A stretch of 64,000 nt of DNA from Bacteroidota bacterium (GTDB taxonomy: Bacteria > Bacteroidota > Bacteroidia > AKYH767-A > 2013-40CM-41-45): NCBI GenBank assembly GCA_031417555.1, contig JANOVV010000046.1, forward strand, positions 6,725 through 70,724, written 5' to 3'. The notes below the pieces were generated by a model that was not told where the DNA came from, ran no database searches, and saw only the letters and a program-made list of their open reading frames with translations. The position numbers were made by a program, and so were the translations under genes. This document shows, piece after piece, positions 51,455 to 59,993 of this stretch. Every line of letters begins with the position of its first letter. Position 1 is the stretch's first letter.

Positions 51455-52495
51455 TTATTTTTTCTTAAGCAATGGAAGATTACGGTGAGAATAAATTCTT
51501 TCAATGATGTCAACAACTTTTAAACCTTCCAAAGCATTTGTTGTAACTATTGTTCTTCCTTTCAATGTATCAATAACATTTTCGATTATGTAGTGATGAT
51601 TTGCAGCAGAACCTTTATACGTTCCATAATCATTTGCTGGATTTACAGGAGGAAGTACAGGCATTTTGTAATTATTAATATGACAATACTCAACTTCATT
51701 CATGTATTGCCCGCCGATCTTTACACTGCCGTTTTCTCCTATAATTGTAATACTGCTTTCAAGATTATTATCCCATACAGCAGTGGAGTAATTAATACAA
51801 CCCATACCGCCGTTTACGAAATCAAAACTAACAATTCCGGAGTCTTCAAATGTTGTATTGTCTTTATGATTGAAGTCTGCAAAACGTGCTTTAATGTCAA
51901 TGATATCTCCAAAGAGCCAATACATGATATCAATGAAATGAGAAAACTGTGTGAATAATGTTCCACCATCAAGATCTGCTGATCCTTTCCAGTTTTTACC
52001 GTTATAATAGCGCTGATCTCTATTCCAGTAACAATTTAATTGTACCAAAAAAATACGTCCAATGACATTACTTTCGATTACTTCTTTAATCCACATGGAA
52101 GGAGGTGAGTAGCGATTTTGCATCACGCAAAAAACTTGTCTTGAAACCTGTAAAGCTTTGAAAATAATTTTTTCGCAATCAGCTACTGTTAGAGCCATTG
52201 GTTTTTCAATGACAACATGTCTTTTATGGTCGAGTGCTTTTAGTGTATGTTCGGCATGTAGTCCATTGGGAGAACAAACGGAAAGAACTTCAAAATCGAT
52301 CCCGGAATTTAAGAGACTTTCGATCGTAGAGAAAAAAGGAACATCAACATCAGAAAGCCCGATTTCTGATTTGTCTTTTACATCACACATAGCGACAAGT
52401 TCCGACTCAGGATTACGGCGGATCATTTCAGCATGCCGTTTCCCGATATGTCCGCTGCCAACAATTGCAAATTTTATTTTTCTGTTCTCATTCAT
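51455..52495 (-). CDS. Gfo/Idh/MocA family oxidoreductase (WbpB-like)
   Basis: FAIVGSGHIGKRH Rossmann N-terminus and the EKPMA motif. Its context between the dehydrogenase and the acetyltransferase supports the call. Confidence 0.75.
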   Translation of the reverse strand: MNENRKIKFAIVGSGHIGKRHAEMIRRNPESELVAMCDVKDKSEIGLSDVDVPFFSTIESLLNSGIDFEVLSVCSPNGLHAEHTLKALDHKRHVVIEKPMALTVADCEKIIFKALQVSRQVFCVMQNRYSPPSMWIKEVIESNVIGRIFLVQLNCYWNRDQRYYNGKNWKGSADLDGGTLFTQFSHFIDIMYWLFGDIIDIKARFADFNHKDNTTFEDSGIVSFDFVNGGMGCINYSTAVWDNNLESSITIIGENGSVKIGGQYMNEVEYCHINNYKMPVLPPVNPANDYGTYKGSAANHHYIIENVIDTLKGRTIVTTNALEGLKVVDIIERIYSHRNLPLLKKK

Positions 52496-53073
52496 TACTT
52501 GATACGTTTAACTTTATTGCCGGTAAGTTTATATTCCTGTTTACTTTCCGGACAAACAGCTATTCCGTTGGCATCAAAATTAAGTCGATGCCCGTATTCG
52601 CTCATCCATCCGATTTGTTTCGATGGATTTCCAACAACGAGAGCATACGGAGCAATGTCTTTTGTAACTACTGAGCCGGCACCTATAAAAGCATATTCGC
52701 CTATATTATTTCCACAAACGATTGTTGCATTAGCACCTATCGTTGCACCTTTGCCGACATTCGTTCTCAGATATTGATCGCGGCGAATGATGGCGCTGCG
52801 TGGATTATTTACATTCGTAAAAACCATCGACGGTCCCAGAAAGACATCGTCTTCGCAAGTTACTCCTGTGTAGATAGAGACATTATTCTGGACTTTAACA
52901 TTGTTGCCTAGTTTTACCTTTTGCGATATCACTACGTTTTGTCCGATTGTACATTCAGAGCCAATTTCACTGTCAGACATTATATGGCAGAAATGCCAGA
53001 TTTTTGTTCCATTGCCAATCACAGATCCATCATCTATAACAGCAGTTTCATGAGCAAAATATTTTTTTTCCAT
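52495..53073 (-). CDS. left-handed beta-helix N-acetyltransferase (WbpD-like)
   Basis: Hexapeptide repeats run throughout, and the C-terminal VVGNPSKQIGWMSEYGHRL is typical of WbpD/WlbB-type enzymes. Confidence 0.75.
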   Translation of the reverse strand: MEKKYFAHETAVIDDGSVIGNGTKIWHFCHIMSDSEIGSECTIGQNVVISQKVKLGNNVKVQNNVSIYTGVTCEDDVFLGPSMVFTNVNNPRSAIIRRDQYLRTNVGKGATIGANATIVCGNNIGEYAFIGAGSVVTKDIAPYALVVGNPSKQIGWMSEYGHRLNFDANGIAVCPESKQEYKLTGNKVKRIK

Positions 53074-53126
53074 TTTGATGTTAAATTTAAAGAAACAAAG
53101 AGAAAGAATTTCTGTTTTTAATTTTA

Positions 53127-54095
53127 TTATGCAAACCGATGTGCCGAATTATATAATTCTTCTTTTGAAAGGTTTTTAAAATATTCATACGTTCTTTTCA
53201 ATCCTTCACCTCTATTTATTTTTGGTTCCCAATCAAGAATTTTCCTTGCGTTAGTAATATCAGGCTGTCTTTGTTTCGGATCGTCTTGAGGAAGAGGCCG
53301 GGAAATAATTTTTTGTTTCGTTCCAGTAAGTTTAATAATCTCTTGTGCAAATTCTAAAATGGTGATTTCATCCGGATTGCCGATGTTGACAGGAAGATAA
53401 TAGTCGCTTAATAACAAACGGTAAATTCCTTCGATCAAATCATCTACGTAACAGAAAGATCTCGTCTGGCTTCCGTCGCCGAAAACTGTTAAATCTTCTC
53501 CACGTAAAGCTTGTCCGATAAAAGCAGGTAAAACTCTTCCATCATTCAATCGCATCCTTGGACCGTATGTATTGAAAATTCTGACAATTCTTGTTTCAAG
53601 TTTATGATACGTATGATAGGCCATTGTAATCGCTTCCTGAAAACGTTTAGCTTCGTCATACACGCCTCTTGGTCCGATTGGATTTACATTACCCCAATAA
53701 TCTTCCGTCTGAGGATGTACGAGCGGGTCACCGTATACTTCTGATGTTGATGCAACGAGTATTCTGGCCGACTTTGCTTTTGCAAGGCCCAAAAGATTAT
53801 GCGTTCCAAGGGAACTTACTTTTAATGTTTGTATGGGAATTTTTAAATAATCGATCGGACTTGCGGGTGAAGCAAAATGAAGGATATAATCAAGTTTGCC
53901 GGCAACAGTTACGAATTGCGATACATCATGATTATAAAATTCAAATTCTTTGAGTTTGAAAAGATGTTCGATGTTTTTGAGATCGCCGGTAATTAAATTA
54001 TCCATTCCAATTACTTCATACCCTTCTTTGATAAAACGGTCGCAGAGATGCGATCCCAGAAAACCTGCAGCACCTGTAATAAGTATTCTTTTCAT
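53127..54095 (-). CDS. UDP-glucuronate decarboxylase (UDP-xylose synthase)
   Basis: [29 protein letters not shown] and YDEAKR. The internal ATG at 54095 avoids overlap with ugd; the track ORF extends to 54158. Confidence 0.85.
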   Translation of the reverse strand: MKRILITGAAGFLGSHLCDRFIKEGYEVIGMDNLITGDLKNIEHLFKLKEFEFYNHDVSQFVTVAGKLDYILHFASPASPIDYLKIPIQTLKVSSLGTHNLLGLAKAKSARILVASTSEVYGDPLVHPQTEDYWGNVNPIGPRGVYDEAKRFQEAITMAYHTYHKLETRIVRIFNTYGPRMRLNDGRVLPAFIGQALRGEDLTVFGDGSQTRSFCYVDDLIEGIYRLLLSDYYLPVNIGNPDEITILEFAQEIIKLTGTKQKIISRPLPQDDPKQRQPDITNARKILDWEPKINRGEGLKRTYEYFKNLSKEELYNSAHRFA

Positions 54096-54114
54096 CGGAG
54101 TAGAATTCAAGACG

Positions 54115-55425
54115 TCAGTTAATTTTATTTCTTCCAATACTGTAATAGGTAAAACCAAGATCTTTCATCTGATTTAAATCGTAAACATTTCTTCCGTCGA
54201 AAATCAGTTTGCTTTTCATCAGATCACTGATTCGGTTAAATTCAGGTGTACGGAAGACAGACCATTCTGTTGCTATAACTAGAAAGTCAGCATCCTTAAG
54301 AACATCGTATTCATCTTTTCCATAATTAATTTTATCACCTATGGAGTTTTTTACATTAGGAATTGCTTCCGGATCGTAAGCGCTGATTGTTACACCTTCT
54401 TTTACAAGTGCATCAATAATATATAATGCAGGTGCTTCACGGATGTCATCCGTATCCGGTTTGAAAGCAAGTCCCCATACTGCGGCTTTTTTTCCTTTTA
54501 GATTATTACCGAAATGTTTTTTTATTTTATCTACAATAATTGTTTTTTGTTTTTCATTTACATTGATTACCGATTTTAGAATACTGAAATCGTAATGATT
54601 TTCTTCGGAAGTATGCAAGAGAGCTTGTACATCTTTTGGAAAACAACTACCGCCATAACCGATTCCCGCGAAAAGAAAACGTTTTCCAATACGATCATCA
54701 GTACCGATACCAATTCGAACAGCATCAACATTTGCATTTACTTTCTCGCAAAGGTTTGCAATCTCATTCATGAAAGTAATCTTCATGGCAAGAAAAGAAT
54801 TGGCAGCATATTTCGTGAGCTCAGCAGAACGTTCATCCATAAAATAAATCGGATTCCCCTGCCTTACAAAAGGAGAGTAAAGTTCTGTCATCAGCTTTTT
54901 TGCTTTTTCAGAAGTAGTTCCAATTACAACTCGATCGGGTTTCATGAAATCATCAACAGCAAAACCTTCACGTAAAAATTCCGGATTGGAGACAACATCG
55001 AAATCGGCAGAACAATTTTTTGAAATGGCTTCCTTCACCAATTCAGCAGTCCCAACAGGCACGGTACTTTTATTGATTACAATACAATAATCTTTTATGA
55101 GTTTACCAAGTTCGTTTGCAACCTGTAAAATAAATTTAAGATCAGCAGAACCATTTTCACCCGGAGGTGTAGGTAGGGCAAGAAAAATAATTTTGGAATC
55201 TTTAATTCCTTCACTCAGATTAGTAGTGAAATGTAAACGACCTTGTTTTATATTTCTTTCAAAGAGTAAATCCAGATGTGGTTCGTAAATGGGAATCTCA
55301 CCATTTTGCATTCGTTCGACTTTATTTTTGTCGATATCCACACAAACAACCTGGTTGCCGGTTTCTGCAAAGCAAGTTCCTGTAACCAGACCGACATAGC
55401 CGGTTCCCACAACTGTAATTTTCAT
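54115..55425 (-). CDS. ugd: UDP-glucose 6-dehydrogenase
   Basis: [16 protein letters not shown] and the catalytic GGSCFPKD. Confidence 0.92.
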   Translation of the reverse strand: MKITVVGTGYVGLVTGTCFAETGNQVVCVDIDKNKVERMQNGEIPIYEPHLDLLFERNIKQGRLHFTTNLSEGIKDSKIIFLALPTPPGENGSADLKFILQVANELGKLIKDYCIVINKSTVPVGTAELVKEAISKNCSADFDVVSNPEFLREGFAVDDFMKPDRVVIGTTSEKAKKLMTELYSPFVRQGNPIYFMDERSAELTKYAANSFLAMKITFMNEIANLCEKVNANVDAVRIGIGTDDRIGKRFLFAGIGYGGSCFPKDVQALLHTSEENHYDFSILKSVINVNEKQKTIIVDKIKKHFGNNLKGKKAAVWGLAFKPDTDDIREAPALYIIDALVKEGVTISAYDPEAIPNVKNSIGDKINYGKDEYDVLKDADFLVIATEWSVFRTPEFNRISDLMKSKLIFDGRNVYDLNQMKDLGFTYYSIGRNKIN

Positions 55426-55459
55426 AGTTAAATTTCCTTTCCTCTCCCGGGGAAAAGGG

Positions 55460-56626
55460 TTAAATTAGTTCTACATTCTGCCGGGAAGACAGACTTTTTT
55501 TATTGAGAAAACCAAGAACGTTTTCGGTAATATAGTTTAATGTTTCTTCATTCATTTCCGTATGAATAGGTAATGAAATTACATTTGCACACAACCATTC
55601 AGTAACAGGAAAATCGCCCGCCTTATATCTTGGATCCGTATACGCTTTTTGAAAATGCAAAGGGACAGGATAATAAATCATCGCAGGAATTTCTTTCGAT
55701 GCAAGATATTCGCGCAATTGATCACGGTTTGAATTTTTAAGAACAAGAGTATATTGATGAAATACATGCGATGAATTTGGGAATCGTTCCGGTATGATAA
55801 TATTTGGATGATTGGCAAATGCGCGATCATAAAATGCTGCAACTTTCTGACGGGCGCTTGCATATTCATCGAGATGCCGCAATTTAATTCGAAGGATTGC
55901 TGCTTGTATACTGTCGAGGCGGGAATTTACACCCACTTCATCATGATAATACTGAACAGACTGGCCGTGATTGGCAATCATTTTAATTTTTTTACCTAAA
56001 GCATCGTCATTGGTAAATAAAGCTCCGCCATCCCCATAACAGCCGAGATTTTTAGAGGGGAAAAAAGAAGTACAACCGATAATTCCGAGAGTTCCGGCTT
56101 TTTGAACCGTACCATTTTTCATAGTATAATCGGCACCGATGGCCTGTGCAATATCTTCGATGACGAAAAGATTGTGTTTTTTGGCAATGGCATTTATAGT
56201 TTCTATATCGGCACATTGGCCGAAGAGGTGAACGGGAACAATAGCTTTTGTTTTGGGAGTGATGGCCGCTTCCATGGCTTTGGGATCAATCGTAAAAGTG
56301 CCGGGAAGTACATCAACCAAAACGGGTTTAAGCTGAAGAAGAGCGATGACTTCGGCTGTAGCTACATAGGTAAAACTGGCCGTGATTACTTCGTCGCCGG
56401 GCTTTAATCCAAGAGCCATCATGGCAATTTGAAGAGCATCTGTACCATTAGCACAAGGAATGACGTGCTTTACTTTCAAATAGTTTTCGAGTTCTGACCG
56501 GAAAGCCGTGACTTCAGGGCCATTAATATAGGCAGATGAGCGAATGACATCGATTACGGCTTTGTCAATTTCCGGTTGAATTTTTTCGTATTGACCTATA
56601 AGGTCAACCATTTGAATTTTCTTCAT
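55460..56626 (-). CDS. DegT/DnrJ/EryC1/StrS family PLP-dependent aminotransferase (WbpE-like)
   Basis: 388 aa with CANGTDALQIA and SFFPSKNLG (PLP Lys). Confidence 0.85.
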   Translation of the reverse strand: MKKIQMVDLIGQYEKIQPEIDKAVIDVIRSSAYINGPEVTAFRSELENYLKVKHVIPCANGTDALQIAMMALGLKPGDEVITASFTYVATAEVIALLQLKPVLVDVLPGTFTIDPKAMEAAITPKTKAIVPVHLFGQCADIETINAIAKKHNLFVIEDIAQAIGADYTMKNGTVQKAGTLGIIGCTSFFPSKNLGCYGDGGALFTNDDALGKKIKMIANHGQSVQYYHDEVGVNSRLDSIQAAILRIKLRHLDEYASARQKVAAFYDRAFANHPNIIIPERFPNSSHVFHQYTLVLKNSNRDQLREYLASKEIPAMIYYPVPLHFQKAYTDPRYKAGDFPVTEWLCANVISLPIHTEMNEETLNYITENVLGFLNKKSLSSRQNVELI

Positions 56627-56928
56627 TTATTGGGTTCTGAGAGAGTGCGAATATAGACATAGAAAATCAGAAAGAGAATAGGTTAAAATGCAAAAGTGAA
56701 GGGTTAAAAAAGGATTATATTTGAGCGTCATTTAGTATAAAAGTCAATAATATACTTCCAATTTATTAAATCATCTTTACTATTGATCTAAACTAGGATA
56801 ATTGCTTTTCTGTTTTAATTTTAAGTAAAAATTACAATAAAGTACCTATTTTTGACTGTTAACTTTTGACAATCGAGCTTCAATTTATATCCATGGAAAA
56901 TCTATCTTTGCCGTCCCTACAAACAATT

Positions 56929-57924
56929 ATGCCTGAAACGAAGTTTACAAAAAAACATTACCTGAAATGGTATGAGGACATGCTTCTCATGCGCAAATTT
57001 GAAGAGAGAGCGGGACAGCTTTATGGTATGCAAAAAATCAAAGGCTTTTGTCATTTATATATTGGACAAGAAGCTGTAGTTGCCGGGGCGATGTCGGTGT
57101 TACTTCCTGAGGATAACATGATTACAGCCTATCGAGATCATGCTCATGCTATTGCAAAAGGAGTTTCATCACGATCTGTAATGGCTGAACTTTTTGCCAA
57201 AGCTACCGGGTGTTCGAAAGGTAAAGGCGGTTCCATGCATATGTTTGATGCTGAGCATCGCTTTTTTGGAGGGCATGGTATAGTAGGCGGACAAATTCCG
57301 TTGGGAGCAGGGATTGCTTTTGCGGAAAAATACCGTGGCAGCAAGAGTGTTACCGTTTGTTACATGGGAGATGGTGCCGTTCGGCAAGGAGCATTTCATG
57401 AAGCATTAAATATGGCAATGACGTGGAAACTTCCTGTTGTTTTTGTTATTGAAAATAATAATTATGCAATGGGGACATCAGTGGAGCGTACAAGTAATAT
57501 GACAGACCTTTATAAGCTCGGTCTTGCTTATGACATGCCTTCAGAACCTGTGGATGGAATGAGTGTAGAAGATGTTCACGATGCTATGTTTAAAGCAGTT
57601 GGCCATGCAAGAAAAGGTGATGGTCCGTATTTATTGGAGATTAATACATACAGATACAAAGGACATTCGATGAGTGATCCTGCCAAATACAGAACGAAAG
57701 AAGAAGTAGAAGGTTATAAAGCAAAAGATCCGATAGAAGTAGTTCTTAAAACGATACGTGAAAAAAAACTTGCTACAGATAAAGAGATAGAGATTATCAA
57801 TAATAAAGTTAAAGATATAGTAGAAGATTCAGTTGTCTTTGCTGAAGAGTCTCCGTATCCGGATCCGTCGGAATTGTTTATTGATGTTTATACACAGAAG
57901 GATTATCCGTATATTTTGGATTGA
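56929..57924 (+). CDS. pdhA: pyruvate dehydrogenase E1 component alpha subunit
   Basis: GFCHLYIGQEA, the TPP motif GDGA..QG...E..N.A and YR..GHS.SD are present. The start is uncertain (56893 or 56929). Confidence 0.88.
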   Translation: MPETKFTKKHYLKWYEDMLLMRKFEERAGQLYGMQKIKGFCHLYIGQEAVVAGAMSVLLPEDNMITAYRDHAHAIAKGVSSRSVMAELFAKATGCSKGKGGSMHMFDAEHRFFGGHGIVGGQIPLGAGIAFAEKYRGSKSVTVCYMGDGAVRQGAFHEALNMAMTWKLPVVFVIENNNYAMGTSVERTSNMTDLYKLGLAYDMPSEPVDGMSVEDVHDAMFKAVGHARKGDGPYLLEINTYRYKGHSMSDPAKYRTKEEVEGYKAKDPIEVVLKTIREKKLATDKEIEIINNKVKDIVEDSVVFAEESPYPDPSELFIDVYTQKDYPYILD

Positions 57925-57931
57925 GAATTAT

Positions 57932-58049
57932 GTATCAGGTATCAAGTATCATGAATGGTTCGTAATTGATAATTATAATTTAAAGAATTAAAAAAATTAA
58001 ACATGTAAAATTAGTATCTGTCCTAATCTTGATACTTGATACTTGATAC
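57932..58049. repeat. pdhA-E2 spacer: heptad arms gtatcag gtatcaa gtatcat (57932-57952) and cttgata cttgata cttgata c (58028-58049), complementary to each other across a ~75-nt AT-rich loop
   Basis: The reverse complement of the right arm is gtatcaagtatcaagtatcaag, against the left arm gtatcaggtatcaagtatcatg. Confidence 0.8.
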
Positions 58050-58078
58050 AAAAAAACCATCCCCTAAATTCCTCCCCC

Positions 58079-59371
58079 ATGGCCGAAATCGTACGAATGC
58101 CCAAAATGAGTGATACAATGACTGAAGGAGTTGTTGCTAAATGGCATAAGAAAGTTGGTGATAAAATAAAATCCGGCGAGTTGGTTGCAGAGATTGAAAC
58201 CGATAAAGCGACCATGGAATTTGAATCGTACCAGGAAGGTGTGCTTCTTTATCGTGGTGTGGAAGAAGGGAAAGCTGCACCTGTTGATGGCATACTTGCT
58301 ATTGTAGGGAAAGAAGGAGAAGATTATAAATCATTACTTGAATCTGAAAATGCTAAACAAGCAAAACCATCTGTCAGTGTTGCCGATAATAAAGTAGAAG
58401 AAAAAGTAGTAAAGAGTGTTGCTGAAACTCCAAAAGCAAAACCTGTAGCACAACAACAAAACAATTCGGTTGTCGCTACTGATTCTAAAACGGTTTCTAA
58501 TTTACCATCAGGATTGAAAGCATCGCCATTAGCAAAAAGGCTTGCAGGCGAAAAGGGAATAGATCTTGGGAAAGTTATGGGAAGCGGAGATCAGGGGCGG
58601 ATTGTAAAAAGAGATATTGATTGGTTCAAGCCGGGAATGGCAGTAAATGGCGGAGGATTTGGAAGTGCTGTGATGGAAGAAAGTTTTGATGAAATTTCAG
58701 TTTCACAAATGCGTAAGACGATTGCAAAGCGTTTAAGTGAAAGTAAATTTACATCGCCGCATTTTTATCTTACGATAGAAATTGACATGGACAATACAAT
58801 TTCAGCGAGAGAGAGTATTAATTTAGTTACAGGCTCAAAAGTTTCTTACAATGATTTTGTTGTTAAAGCAGTTTCTGTTTCTTTGCGTCATCATCCAAAG
58901 GTAAATTCGTCGTGGATGGGAGATACGATACGATATAATCATCACATTCATATTGGAGTAGCAGTTGCAGTAGAGGAAGGGTTGCTTGTTCCTGTGGTTC
59001 GTTTTGCAGATTCGAAAACATTGCGTGAGATTAATGCTGAAGTAAAAACATTTGCTCAGAAAGCAAAAGATAAAAAACTTCAGCCATCCGATTGGGAAGG
59101 GAATACATTTACGATTTCCAACTTAGGAATGTTCGGCATTGAAGAATTTACTGCCATCATTAATCCCCCTGATGCATGCATATTGGCCATTGGCGGCATA
59201 CAACAAAAGCCGGTTATTAAAAATAATATGGTAGTTCCGGGAAATGTTATGAAAGTTACAATGAGTTGCGATCACAGAGTAGTAGATGGCGTAACCGGTG
59301 CTGATTTTTTAAAAACATTTAAAGGATTGATGGAGAATCCGGTTGTATTGTTGGGAGAAGCGGCGATATAG
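58079..59371 (+). CDS. dihydrolipoamide acetyltransferase (E2) of the pyruvate dehydrogenase complex
   Basis: It has a lipoyl domain (EIETDKATME), an E3/E1-binding domain (ASPLAKRLA.E.GIDL) and the catalytic DHRVVDG. ATG 58079 (MAEIVRMPKMSDTM) was preferred. Confidence 0.9.
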   Translation: MAEIVRMPKMSDTMTEGVVAKWHKKVGDKIKSGELVAEIETDKATMEFESYQEGVLLYRGVEEGKAAPVDGILAIVGKEGEDYKSLLESENAKQAKPSVSVADNKVEEKVVKSVAETPKAKPVAQQQNNSVVATDSKTVSNLPSGLKASPLAKRLAGEKGIDLGKVMGSGDQGRIVKRDIDWFKPGMAVNGGGFGSAVMEESFDEISVSQMRKTIAKRLSESKFTSPHFYLTIEIDMDNTISARESINLVTGSKVSYNDFVVKAVSVSLRHHPKVNSSWMGDTIRYNHHIHIGVAVAVEEGLLVPVVRFADSKTLREINAEVKTFAQKAKDKKLQPSDWEGNTFTISNLGMFGIEEFTAIINPPDACILAIGGIQQKPVIKNNMVVPGNVMKVTMSCDHRVVDGVTGADFLKTFKGLMENPVVLLGEAAI

Positions 59372-59993
59372 GTTTTTTTGAAGAAATTATTTTCGATTTT
59401 TAAAATTCTTCGGAAATAAATCATTTTTATTCCTTTTTATTCTAATTTTTCTTATAAAATATTGTTTTTTTTCAGTAAATTTTGAATAGAAATTAAATTA
59501 TTGAATAGGGAATTTGTATTATTAAGAATCATTATTACATTTACTAAACAAATTCGAATTTAAAAAATTTGTCGAATTAAAACTGTTTCAGTTTTATTGT
59601 AATTTTTTCAAAAATATATACTATGCTTTTTTGCATAGTCATCATAAAAAAATAAGCCATGGATACGGTAGTTTCGGCATCATATTCATTTTTGTATTTT
59701 ATTTCTCTGCCTAAGTTAGCAAATTCAAATGCAACAGATAGAGTAGGTCTTTCTAAGGACTCCTCTAATAAAATCTCAAACTTTAATTCTAAATAAATAT
59801 TCTCTTCGAATGTTGACTGTATTAAAAATTTATTTGAATTTGAGCTTGACTGTATTGATTCTGCTTTTTAGTTAATAGAAGATATTTAGGATTTTAATTT
59901 TGATGGAGCTATTTTCTAAGCTAAAGAGTTAGTATTAGTTGAGAATATTTTTTTTATTAATTGAAAAATTAAATCATTTAATCTATTGCAAAC

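Noticed and set aside
51003-52777. Multiple plus-strand ORFs (51003-51221, 51100-51441, 51593-51958, 52158-52502, 52433-52777, 52465-52674) inside the polysaccharide cluster
   Set aside because: They are shadow ORFs antisense to strongly supported minus-strand enzyme genes. Their translations are low in complexity and match no family. The same reasoning applies to the other antisense or alternative-frame entries in the track, such as 6103-6349, 10930-11175, 13686-13877, 17005-17838, 26837-27181, 33066-33410, 33603-33935, 38709-39351, 54595-54975 and 61579-62143.
13128-58049. Heptad and palindromic intergenic repeats considered as CRISPR arrays
   Set aside because: The repeat units are only 7 nt and contiguous, with no unique spacers. 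Tracts are under 70 nt and scattered, and no cas genes are in the window.
56866-59371. Missing E1-beta gene between pdhA and the E2 gene, considered as a possible deletion
   Set aside because: As far as I recall, a pdhA-E2 adjacency with pdhB encoded elsewhere is a common arrangement in Bacteroidota. There is no remnant of a beta-subunit ORF in the 154-nt spacer.
59372-59993. Small ORFs (15-22 aa) and a ctatgc-tttttt-gcatag hairpin in the AT-rich region upstream of the giant gene
   Set aside because: The ORFs are too short and lack any supporting signal. The hairpin has only 6 bp. The region is most simply a long promoter/leader region.
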